From contig CAZTPJ010000012.1 of the NCBI GenBank assembly GCA_964614515.1, forward strand, positions 1,691 through 65,690: 64,000 nucleotides of DNA. Reading direction: 5' to 3'. Source of the DNA: an uncultured Phycisphaeraceae bacterium. GTDB lineage: Bacteria; Planctomycetota; Phycisphaerae; Phycisphaerales; UBA1924. The notes below the pieces were generated by a model that saw only the letters and a program-made list of their open reading frames with translations, did not search any database and was not told the origin of the DNA. Positions 38,158 to 46,619 of the stretch are shown here, one piece after another (position 1 is the first letter of the stretch; every line of letters begins with the position of its first letter). Both the position numbers and the translations under genes were made by a program.

Positions 38158-38826
38158 ATGCACGAACAAGCACCACTCCTTCAAGCGACTCGACGCGATC
38201 GCCTCGGCTCGCGATACGCCAAACGCCTCCGCGATCAGGGCCAACTGCCCGCGATCGTCTATGGCCACGGCCAGGAACCCATGCCCGTCGCCCTCGACGC
38301 GCGAACCGCGCTGGGTTACATCCATAAGGGTGAGAAGGTCTTCCGACTCGATTATCCCGGCCAGCAGGCGGACGCCGACGGGCACTATGTCCTGCTCAAG
38401 GATGTGCAGTTTGATTACCTCGGCAATGGCATCGTTCACGCGGACTTCGCCCGCGTGTCGCTTGACGAGCGCGTCGCCACCCGCGTGCCCCTGCGCCTCA
38501 TCGGCGAAGCCAAGGGACTCAAGACCGCCGGCGCCATCCTCGTTCACCCCACCACCGAGATCGAGATCGAGTGCCTCGTCGCCGCCATTCCCGACAGCAT
38601 CGAAGTGGACATCAGCGAGGTGGACGAGGGCCACGCGATCACGGCCGGACAGGTCGTGCTGCCCGATCCGAACATGAAACTGCTCGAAGACCCGCACGCG
38701 ATCGTCGCACAGGTCCTCGTGCAGGTCGAGCAGAAGGAAGCCGAGGCCACGACCGTCGAGGCCGCCCCGGCCGCACCCGAAGTCATCGGCAAGAAGAAGG
38801 AAGAGGAAGCGGAAAAGGAGGACTGA
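38158..38826 (+). CDS. rplY: 50S ribosomal protein bL25 / general stress protein Ctc
   Basis: RLRDQGQLPAIVYGHGQEP...VLLKDVQFD.LGNGIVHADF..V, with an acidic C-terminal tail. Confidence 0.88.
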   Translation: MHEQAPLLQATRRDRLGSRYAKRLRDQGQLPAIVYGHGQEPMPVALDARTALGYIHKGEKVFRLDYPGQQADADGHYVLLKDVQFDYLGNGIVHADFARVSLDERVATRVPLRLIGEAKGLKTAGAILVHPTTEIEIECLVAAIPDSIEVDISEVDEGHAITAGQVVLPDPNMKLLEDPHAIVAQVLVQVEQKEAEATTVEAAPAAPEVIGKKKEEEAEKED

Positions 38827-38852
38827 TTCCTCCCGCGTGAAGGAATACAGGA

Positions 38853-39437
38853 GTGAAGATCATCGTCGGACTCGGGAACCCAGGCTCGCAATACGCCAAG
38901 ACTCGGCACAACGCCGGGTTCATGGTCATCGACCGCCTCGTGTCGAAGCACGCGCCGGCGCAGCCGGCGCGCGCTCGCTTTCACGCCGCCTGCACCGAAG
39001 CCGACATCGCCGGCGAAAAGTGCCTGTTGATGAAGCCCACCACCTACATGAACCGCTCGGGCCTGGCCGTCGGCGAGGCCGTGCGCTTCTATCGCGTCGC
39101 CATCGAGTCTGACCTCCTCATCATCTCCGACGATGTGTACCTTGCGTGCGGGGCGATACGTCTTCGTCCCGGCGGCGGCGCGGGGGGACACAACGGCCTG
39201 GCCGACATCGAACGCGCCCTGGGCACCTCGACCTATCCGCGACTACGCCTCGGCGTTGACGCCAAACCACCCTTCATGGACCAGGCCGATTATGTCCTCA
39301 CGCGATTCACGCCCGAACAGGAGCCGCTGATCGCCACCGCCGTCGATCGCGCCGCCACCGCCGTTGAAACCTGGGCCACACGCGGCCTCGCCGCCGCCAT
39401 GAACGAATTCAATCGAAAAGAAGAACCCACAGAGTAA
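38853..39437 (+). CDS. pth: peptidyl-tRNA hydrolase
   Basis: KIIVGLGNPGSQYAKTRHNAGFMVID...KPTTYMNRSG...GGHNGL. GTG start with an AGGAG RBS. Confidence 0.9.
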   Translation: MKIIVGLGNPGSQYAKTRHNAGFMVIDRLVSKHAPAQPARARFHAACTEADIAGEKCLLMKPTTYMNRSGLAVGEAVRFYRVAIESDLLIISDDVYLACGAIRLRPGGGAGGHNGLADIERALGTSTYPRLRLGVDAKPPFMDQADYVLTRFTPEQEPLIATAVDRAATAVETWATRGLAAAMNEFNRKEEPTE

Positions 39438-39455
39438 CCAGAAAGGCAACGCAGC

Positions 39456-39905
39456 ATGACCACACGAATCTTTCCATATGAAGCCATGTTCCTCATCAGC
39501 CAGGCCACGGCCGCGGACCTCCGCGGCGCGGTGGCGCACATCAACGGCCTGCTCGCCCGCGCGAAGGCCGACGTCCTCGCGATGCGCAAGTGGGATGATC
39601 GCCGCCTGGCCTATGAGATCCAGGGCCAGAAGCGCGGCGTGTACATCTTGACGTACTTCAAGGCGCCCGCGCCATCGATCGCCGGTCTCGAGCGCGACTG
39701 CAATCTCTCTGAACAGATCATGCGCGTGATGATCCTTCGCGCGGATCACCTCAGCGAAGATGAGATGCGAGCCGCCGACGGGCGTACGCAACTGGAAGAT
39801 GAAGCCCGCCTCCGCGCCACCGCCCCCGCGGCCCCCGCGGCCGTCGCCGTCGGACCCGCCGAGGAGGAAGAGGCGCCCGACGAGATCGACGACGAGATCG
39901 TTTGA
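39456..39905 (+). CDS. rpsF: 30S ribosomal protein bS6
   Basis: YEAMFLIS...WDDRRLAYEIQGQKRGVYILTYF, with an acidic tail. Confidence 0.88.
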   Translation: MTTRIFPYEAMFLISQATAADLRGAVAHINGLLARAKADVLAMRKWDDRRLAYEIQGQKRGVYILTYFKAPAPSIAGLERDCNLSEQIMRVMILRADHLSEDEMRAADGRTQLEDEARLRATAPAAPAAVAVGPAEEEEAPDEIDDEIV

Positions 39906-39978
39906 CGCACGTTTCGCCGAGACTTGATACCATCCCCACCGTGCGCGCACGCCGCGCCGCTTACACAAGGGGCGACTC

Positions 39979-40401
39979 ATGGCCGGAAGTTTCAACAGAG
40001 TATTTCTGATGGGCAACCTCACACGCGATGTCGAACTGCGACACACACCCTCCAATCAGGCCGTGGCCCGCATCGGCATCGCCGTGAATCGCCGATACAC
40101 AACCGCCGAGGGCGAAAAACGGGAAGAAGTGACCTTCGTCGACTGTGACGCATGGGGCAAGACGGCCGAAACGATGAGCAAGTATCTGACCAAGGGACGT
40201 CCGGTCTTCATCGAAGGTCGCCTGAAACTCGACCAGTGGCAGGACAAGGAAGGCAACAAACAGTCGAAACTCAAGGTTGTCGTCGAAAACTTTCAGTTCG
40301 TCGACAGCAAGAGCGACGGTGGCGGTTCCTCCCGATCCTCCTCAACCGCCCCCGCCGACGACGCCGACCCCACCATCCAGGACGACGACATCCCGTTCTG
40401 A
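39979..40401 (+). CDS. ssb: single-stranded DNA-binding protein
   Basis: FNRVFLMGNLTRDVELRHTPSNQAVARIGIAVNRR...FVDCDAWGKTAE, with the C-terminal tip DDDIPF. Confidence 0.92.
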   Translation: MAGSFNRVFLMGNLTRDVELRHTPSNQAVARIGIAVNRRYTTAEGEKREEVTFVDCDAWGKTAETMSKYLTKGRPVFIEGRLKLDQWQDKEGNKQSKLKVVVENFQFVDSKSDGGGSSRSSSTAPADDADPTIQDDDIPF

Positions 40402-40549
40402 TCCAGCGCATCCACTCGCTGCTTCGCGATCTTCGCCTTCTTTGCGACCTTCGCGTTGAGTCTGCTCTGCGACCGGCGACCCGCCTACACTCCCGCCCCG
40501 CTGGGGCCTCGCGCGAGGCTCCTAACTTTCACGCGAAAGGACACCAATC

Positions 40550-41194
40550 ATGCCCAAGACCGCCAAACTGTTGCTCACCGAAAACGTCGATAACCTCGGC
40601 ATTGTCGGGGACATCGTCAGCGTCCGCCTCGGCTACGCCCGCAACTATCTCCTCCCGCGCGGCATGGCCACCCAGCCGTCGGATGAAGCCGTCGCCGCCG
40701 TCGCCGCCAAACGCGCTGAGGCCGAAAAACAACTCGCCATCGTGCGCAAGCAGCGCGAGGAGATGGTCGAGAAACTCAACGGCCAGGAAGTCTCGCTCCA
40801 ACGCTCCTGCAACGATCAGGGCATCCTCTACGGCGCGGTGACGCAGCAGGACATCGCCGACGCCCTCACGGCCGCAGGCTTCGCCGTCAAGGCCCGCGAA
40901 GTTCGCCTCGGCCAGACGATCAAGCGCATCGACGCCTACGACGTGCAGATCAAGTTCGACACCGACTTGTCCGCCATGGTCAAGGTCTGGGTCGTCGCGG
41001 ATCGCACGATCGAAGTCGAAGACGATCGCGAAGAGATGGACTTCGACAACGAAGGCAATCTCATCGAGAAGCCCAAAAAGGGCAAGGGCGACAGAGCACC
41101 GCGAGATGGCGATCAACAGGCCGCCGATGGCGATGCCCCGGCCGAGCGGCCCCGTCGCGCCAGAGGTGAAGGCCGAAAGTCGCGCGGCGAGTAG
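40550..41194 (+). CDS. rplI: 50S ribosomal protein bL9, with a long charged C-terminal extension
   Basis: KLLLTENVDNLGIVGDIVSVRLGYARNYLLPRGMA. Confidence 0.9.
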   Translation: MPKTAKLLLTENVDNLGIVGDIVSVRLGYARNYLLPRGMATQPSDEAVAAVAAKRAEAEKQLAIVRKQREEMVEKLNGQEVSLQRSCNDQGILYGAVTQQDIADALTAAGFAVKAREVRLGQTIKRIDAYDVQIKFDTDLSAMVKVWVVADRTIEVEDDREEMDFDNEGNLIEKPKKGKGDRAPRDGDQQAADGDAPAERPRRARGEGRKSRGE

Positions 41195-41208
41195 TCACGG
41201 GTTCCATC

Positions 41209-43140
41209 TCAAACAAGGCGCGAAAACCGTCGATTCGACGATGGGAAGTCCACGCCCATCGCGACGACATGCAACAGCCCCACCAACACACTCGCGGCCA
41301 GCAGTGCGCCATCAACCCGCGCCGACGGCCACGAGCCATCCCATCGCACACAGGTCAGCACGCCCCCCGCCCCAACCAATCCAATCGCGAACCACTGATA
41401 CAAGCGCAGGCCGCCGACAATCGGCGTCTGCGGCTCGCCGCGATACGACTCCTCAATAAATCGCACGAATCCCGCCAGCAACAAATACGCCCCCGCGACC
41501 ATCGGCGCGGGTGCCTCCACCGCCCACAGACGCAGCATCAATCCCCCGACAACCACATGACCCACAATCGAATACAACGGCGTCGGATGCACGGGCACGT
41601 CGACAAGCCCCGCGATGCGGCACACGCGCGAACGCGGATGCCGGTATCGAATCCCGCGCGCTCCCGGTGCGCCGTGGCAGCAACCCTGCACCAGACATCG
41701 CAGCCGTCCGATCGCCACAACCCACGGCGCGGCCACCGCCACCGCCCCCGCGTACACCCACACATCATGCCCCGCCACATGCGCGGTCACCAGCACCAGC
41801 GACACGCCGACCACACTTCCGAAGTAGCCAAACGGCCGTAAAAGCGTCTTCGATCCCACCAGCCACTGCCCCCACAGCCCCGCGCCCACCAGCGAGGCCA
41901 CCGCAAGACCCACAACCCCGCCGAGTCGCCCCTCACCGGCAACCACGCCGGCCATCGCGACGCCCACGCCCGCGGCCAACCCCGCGTAGATCCCGTGATT
42001 GATGATGCGAACCGGTCCGATCCGCCACTCGCGCCACGAGTTCGCCACACTTTCGGCACGCGCGACCAGCCATCGCCACCACCACGGCGCGGTCGCGGAC
42101 GTGATGAACAGCACAACGCCCGCGGGAACATCGACCACCGCGTGCATCCCCGTCGTCACGCACGACGCCATCACCGCCACGGCCCACGCGATGCACAACC
42201 CAACCCACAACCGCGAACCGATCCAGCGTTCGCCCGCGCGTGTCGCCAGAAGCCACGCGGCCGCGCATGTCCAGAAGACATGAAACGATGGCCAGGCCGC
42301 ACGCCCGTCAAGCCCCTCGATCCGCTCGAACATGAGCAGGTGTCCCAGCGGCGTCACAGGCTCAAACTCGCGCGGCGGCGCGATGAGTGGAACGGTGAGA
42401 TACACGAATGTCCCGATGGCCGTGCCGACCAAACCCATCACGAAGAACCGCCGTAGTTCTCGCCTGCGCGTCGCGAACACCGTCGCCAGCGGCACGATGA
42501 TGTACACGCTCGCGTAGATCGCCTCCGTCCATTCGATCACCGGCCACGCCCGCTCCGCAGTCAGGCGCACGTCGATCGCGCCAGGCACCGGAACATGCCC
42601 CACGGCATAGTACAACACGAGCCACGGCAGAAACACAAGCAGCGCCATCGACGCAATCTCCCGCACGCCCGGGCGAGCATCATCATCGGCCGGCATCATC
42701 AGCCACGGCTGCGTGCGCGATGCGCCGAATCGCCGCCGCAAGTCGTGTGCTTCATACCCGAGCACCAGCGCTGCGCAGCCGAGCGCCGCCATCGGCGTGA
42801 CGATCCAGAAGCCTCCCGGCGAGCCTGCGATCATCGAAACGCCCGCGCACGCAAGCACGAACCCGATGTAGATCGGCTGCGAGACGACGCGATATGGCCC
42901 GCGCGTGACGAAACGCGGCGGAGGAAACGCATTCATCGGCAGCCCACCGCCATGCTTCCACAACGCCGCCATCGCCCACGCCATCAGCCCGAGGCCAGCG
43001 CCGGCCACGGCCGCGCCGACGCCCGGCCACGCCACGCGCGGCATCGCGATGAGTTCATCCAGTCGCCACGCCCACGCCGCCAGCATCAGCGGAATCGCCG
43101 CCATGAACACCGCGCCATACGCCACACGCGCCAGCATCAC
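41209..43140 (-). CDS. three-domain integral membrane protein: ICMT/PEMT-like (degenerate), PAP2_C-like, and Lgt-like
   Basis: N-terminal FVTRGPYRVVSQPIYIG (ICMT/PEMT-type motif). Middle WPSFHVF ... TTGMHAVVDVPAG (PAP2-like). C-terminal IGRLRCLVQGCCHG ... VHPTPLYS ... FVRFIEESYRGE (Lgt-like). Its start overlaps the upstream gene's stop. Confidence 0.6.
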   Translation of the reverse strand: MMLARVAYGAVFMAAIPLMLAAWAWRLDELIAMPRVAWPGVGAAVAGAGLGLMAWAMAALWKHGGGLPMNAFPPPRFVTRGPYRVVSQPIYIGFVLACAGVSMIAGSPGGFWIVTPMAALGCAALVLGYEAHDLRRRFGASRTQPWLMMPADDDARPGVREIASMALLVFLPWLVLYYAVGHVPVPGAIDVRLTAERAWPVIEWTEAIYASVYIIVPLATVFATRRRELRRFFVMGLVGTAIGTFVYLTVPLIAPPREFEPVTPLGHLLMFERIEGLDGRAAWPSFHVFWTCAAAWLLATRAGERWIGSRLWVGLCIAWAVAVMASCVTTGMHAVVDVPAGVVLFITSATAPWWWRWLVARAESVANSWREWRIGPVRIINHGIYAGLAAGVGVAMAGVVAGEGRLGGVVGLAVASLVGAGLWGQWLVGSKTLLRPFGYFGSVVGVSLVLVTAHVAGHDVWVYAGAVAVAAPWVVAIGRLRCLVQGCCHGAPGARGIRYRHPRSRVCRIAGLVDVPVHPTPLYSIVGHVVVGGLMLRLWAVEAPAPMVAGAYLLLAGFVRFIEESYRGEPQTPIVGGLRLYQWFAIGLVGAGGVLTCVRWDGSWPSARVDGALLAASVLVGLLHVVAMGVDFPSSNRRFSRLV

Positions 43141-43940
43141 CCTCGCGTCCCTTCAAAGCGCACCGTTTCATGAATCGCCCACCCCCGCTGCACACGCCCA
43201 TCACGCAGCGAGAGCGAGCCACGACTGAGCCGCTTATGTTCATGCGTGCGCAGCATCGCAACCGGCGCGATCCGCCCAAGCCCCGGCACACCGCACAACG
43301 CCGTCGAACCAATCGCCCCTTCGCGCAGCACGCCCACCGGTTCGAGATCCAGTCGATCGCCGTTCATCTGGATCGCGGCCCCATTAATCGTCGCGCCGGC
43401 GACATCATGACCATCGCATATGACCACCTGCACCGGACACGACCCGATCCACTCAAGCCACACGACCCCGCCACTCGCACCGGCCGGATGAAAGCGTCCC
43501 CAATGAAGTTCGCGAATCGGCAGGAGCCACGGACGAAGCGTCATCGTCAAACGCTCGACGTATCCATCGCCGTGCAGCGTCTCGCCACCGATCGTCATCC
43601 TCGCCCGCGCCCGAGGCATCAGACAATCCCACTGCACCATCCCCTGATCCGACTCAAACAGCCGACGTGAGCATGATTCGCTCATGCTGCGCCATTGACC
43701 ACGAAGCGAGAATCCGGTATGCGACCACACGGCCGTGTCACCCTCGTTCTCAGGCCCGCCAACGGGCAACATCGACGAGGCATCATCCACCCTTTCCAAC
43801 GTCCGCGTCAATCGATTCGACCACGTCAAGGCCGTTCCCAGACCCTCCAGCCTCGCCCAACTGACAATCGTGGCACGGCCGTCGTCGGTCATCAGATCCA
43901 TGTACCACTTGGTCAGGCGCATGGTGAACTTCTCCGGCAC
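43137..43940 (-). CDS. hypothetical protein, possibly CrtC/AttH-type hydratase fold
   Basis: TKWYMDLMTDDGRATIV and GDGYVERLTMTLRPW...ELHWGRF resemble, from memory, the W-Y-D..SDDG and G.GY.E....W.WGR motifs of carotenoid 1,2-hydratase-like proteins. Confidence 0.4.
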   Translation of the reverse strand: MPEKFTMRLTKWYMDLMTDDGRATIVSWARLEGLGTALTWSNRLTRTLERVDDASSMLPVGGPENEGDTAVWSHTGFSLRGQWRSMSESCSRRLFESDQGMVQWDCLMPRARARMTIGGETLHGDGYVERLTMTLRPWLLPIRELHWGRFHPAGASGGVVWLEWIGSCPVQVVICDGHDVAGATINGAAIQMNGDRLDLEPVGVLREGAIGSTALCGVPGLGRIAPVAMLRTHEHKRLSRGSLSLRDGRVQRGWAIHETVRFEGTRG

Positions 43941-43996
43941 ACCAACCGCGACTCGGGTGGCTGAATCTGGCTGAACACGCGAGGGGTCACAGTGTT

Positions 43997-44025
43997 AGTA
44001 TACACTAATATACTGGCGAAGGCAA
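43997..44025 (-). promoter_or_regulatory. candidate sigma70-like promoter, TTGCCT-N17-TATACT, for the 43940->41209 operon
   Basis: The minus strand reads TTGCCT tcgccagtatattagtg TATACT, about 57 nt upstream of the ATG at 43940. It sits in a locally AT-rich patch and overlaps an AGTATA...TATACT inverted repeat. Confidence 0.35.
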
Positions 44026-44240
44026 CCCTCAATCGGGGTTTGATTGTGCGCCGTGGCGTGATTGGTTGTGTTTTATCGGACTACGAAGCCGCCGGGCGGC
44101 CCGCGCTCGAGGTCCGGCGCGACCGCGGACGTCGGCGACGCATTTCGATGGACGACCATGCATCCGGAGGCGCGCGACGCAGAACGCTGGCGAGGGCCAA
44201 GCCGCGACGACCCATATCGTCGATCAGCGATGCGCTGAAG

Positions 44241-44978
44241 TCACGACTCGACATCTTCCTCATCGTGTTCGCGCACGCGGCGTTCGATGCCGTTGGGCGT
44301 TTCGATGAGGAGTTCATCGGCCTCGGTGAGGAACAGGCCGTGGTCAATCACGCCGGGCAGGTCGTTGAGCGTCGACGCCAGGTCTTCAAGGTCCCAATCG
44401 CGGATGGACACATCAATGATAAGGTTGCCATTGTCGGTGACAAACAACTCGCCATTGATGGTTCGACGCACGACGCCGTTGAGGCCGAGGTTGCGAATCT
44501 GCGCCCGCACGGCCGACAATCCAAACGCAAGTACGGCGATGCCGAGCGTGTTCTTGGTTCCCAGTCGCGGGACGAGTTTGTCCTGCGTGACCATGTAGAC
44601 GCAGCGGCTCGACGCCCACGCGACGATGCGCTCGCGGGTCATCGCCCCGCCCCCCCCTTTGAGGATGCGCAGTTGCGGGTCCACTTCATCCGCGCCGTCG
44701 AACAGATAGTCCACGTGTTCGACCATCTCAAAGTCGAGCAGCGGCAGGCCCTGGCTCATCGCGAGCGTCTGCGTCGCGTGGCTCGTCGGCACGCAGCGGA
44801 TGTCGAGTTTTTCGTTCTTCACGCGCTCGCCCAGCGCGATGATGCTGCGGGAGGCCGTACGCCCCGTGCCCAGTCCCACGACCATCCCCGACTGGATCTC
44901 CGCGATGGCTGCCTCCGCAAGCGCGTCGGCGACGATTGGCTCATTCAAATCGAATCCCCTGTGCCAAGGTGAACGCAC
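44241..44978 (-). CDS. rpiA: ribose-5-phosphate isomerase A
   Basis: VVGLGTGRTAS...FDGADEVDPQLRILKGGGGAMTRERIVA. The start may be slightly downstream, because the maximal ORF overlaps the ALDH 3' end. Confidence 0.85.
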   Translation of the reverse strand: MRSPWHRGFDLNEPIVADALAEAAIAEIQSGMVVGLGTGRTASRSIIALGERVKNEKLDIRCVPTSHATQTLAMSQGLPLLDFEMVEHVDYLFDGADEVDPQLRILKGGGGAMTRERIVAWASSRCVYMVTQDKLVPRLGTKNTLGIAVLAFGLSAVRAQIRNLGLNGVVRRTINGELFVTDNGNLIIDVSIRDWDLEDLASTLNDLPGVIDHGLFLTEADELLIETPNGIERRVREHDEEDVES

Positions 44979-46449
44979 CCGATGCGTTGATGGTCGCTGT
45001 CTGACGCCGCATGTACCACTTCCATGAATCCGATCCCGATTCGCGACCGCCCCCGGTGTCCTTCTCGCCTCCGAACGCCCCGCCGATCTCCGCGCCGCTC
45101 GTCCCGAGGTTCACATACGCTAGGCCGCAATCGCTCCCCGCGGCGGATACGAACCGCTCCGCGCTGCGCACCGACCCGGTGAAGATGGATGAACTCAGAC
45201 CCTGGTCCACGTTGTTATTCAACTCGATCGCCTCATCGAGCGTCCGATAGGTAAAGACATACAAGATCGGCGCGAACGTCTCTTCGAACGCAATGGGCAA
45301 CATGTTCGACGCCGGCGCACGAATGATCGTCGGCTGCACATAATGCCCCCGCAGCCCGCCCGGCGCCACGCGCGAACCGCCCACAATCACCTCCCCACCC
45401 TGCGACCGCGCCGCGACCACCGCGCGGTCAAACCCCTCCACCGCGCTCGCCGAAATCAACGGCCCAACCAGCGTCCCCTCCGCCAATGGATCGCCGATCG
45501 TCACCTGCTGATACGCCGACGCAAGGCGACGCACGAACTCATCCGCAATCGACTCATGCACGATCAGTCGTCGCGTCGTCGTGCAGCGCTGCCCGGCCGT
45601 GCCCACCGCGCCGAACAACACGCCCTTGAGGGCCAGATCAAAATCCGCATCGGCCTCAACGATCACGGCATTGTTTCCGCCGAGTTCGAGCAGGCAACGC
45701 CCAAGCCGCCCGGCGACCACCTGCCCCACATGCCGACCCATGCGGCACGATCCCGTCGCGGAAATCAAGCGCATTCGTCGATCCGCGATCAATCGCTCGC
45801 CCACGACATCATCGCGACCGATCACGAGATTGAACACATCCTTGTGCCCCATCGCCTCCGCCACGCCCGCGCAGATTCGATTTGTCGCAATGGCCGTCAG
45901 CGGCGCGACAAGACTCGGCTTCCAGACCACGGTGTCACCGCATACGGCCGCGAGCATCGCGTTCCATCCCCACACCGCGTTGGGAAAGTTGAACGCGGTG
46001 ATGACGCCGATGGGGCCGAGCGGATGCCACTGTTCCATCATGCGATGCTCGGGGCGTTCGCTGGGCATTGTCAGGCCGTACAACTGCCGCGAGAGCCCCA
46101 CGGCGAAGTCGGCGATGTCGATGGTCTCCTGGACTTCACCCAAGCCTTCTGATCTGATCTTGCCGACTTCGAGCGACACGAGCGCGCCGAGGGCCTCTTT
46201 GTGCCGCCGGAGTTCATCGCCGATCGCCCGCACAACCTGCCCGCGCATGGGCGCGGGGACGAGTTGCCACCGCGCGAACGCGGCCGTGGCCCGCTCGGCC
46301 GTGTGTTCGTATGACTCGGCATCGTCCAACCGCACCCGCGCGAGCGTTTCCAGCGTCGCGGGGCAGCGCACTTCAACGGCGTCACCGCCGCCGCCGCTCA
46401 CGCGCGGATCATCAAGCACGCCCGCCGCCTGGAGTATCGCTCGCCTCAT
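44941..46449 (-). CDS. aldehyde dehydrogenase, ALDH7 / piperideine-6-carboxylate dehydrogenase-like
   Basis: ITAFNFPNAVWGWNAMLAAVCGDTVVWKPS, ELGGNNA, GQRCTTTRR and FEETFAPILYV. Confidence 0.8.
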   Translation of the reverse strand: MRRAILQAAGVLDDPRVSGGGGDAVEVRCPATLETLARVRLDDAESYEHTAERATAAFARWQLVPAPMRGQVVRAIGDELRRHKEALGALVSLEVGKIRSEGLGEVQETIDIADFAVGLSRQLYGLTMPSERPEHRMMEQWHPLGPIGVITAFNFPNAVWGWNAMLAAVCGDTVVWKPSLVAPLTAIATNRICAGVAEAMGHKDVFNLVIGRDDVVGERLIADRRMRLISATGSCRMGRHVGQVVAGRLGRCLLELGGNNAVIVEADADFDLALKGVLFGAVGTAGQRCTTTRRLIVHESIADEFVRRLASAYQQVTIGDPLAEGTLVGPLISASAVEGFDRAVVAARSQGGEVIVGGSRVAPGGLRGHYVQPTIIRAPASNMLPIAFEETFAPILYVFTYRTLDEAIELNNNVDQGLSSSIFTGSVRSAERFVSAAGSDCGLAYVNLGTSGAEIGGAFGGEKDTGGGRESGSDSWKWYMRRQTATINASGAFTLAQGIRFE

Positions 46450-46470
46450 GCGTGGGCAACTGTAGCGCGG

Positions 46471-46585
46471 ATTCCCGTGCCATCGAAGTCCAGCGCACCA
46501 TTCCCCGTGCCACCGAAGTCCGGCGGAGCATGTTCAATCCCCACTCACGCCGTGGCCTGGCATGCCCATGGCCCGGACTTCGGTG
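46471..46585. promoter_or_regulatory. direct and inverted repeats in the divergent ALDH / rdgB control region
   Basis: The direct repeat attccc(c)gtgccaYcgaagtccRgcg appears twice (46471-46495, 46500-46525). A 13-bp perfect inverted repeat, CACCGAAGTCCGG (46511-46523) and CCGGACTTCGGTG (46573-46585), is also present. Confidence 0.4.
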
Positions 46586-46619
46586 CTCCTCGCACATCTG
46601 GCGCCGCAATGATCTCTCC

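Noticed and set aside
40402-40549. A remnant or short form of rpsR between ssb and rplI.
   Set aside because: The gap is only 148 nt. No frame contains an S18-like motif (…GKI.PRR.TG…KhQR.L..AIKRAR…).
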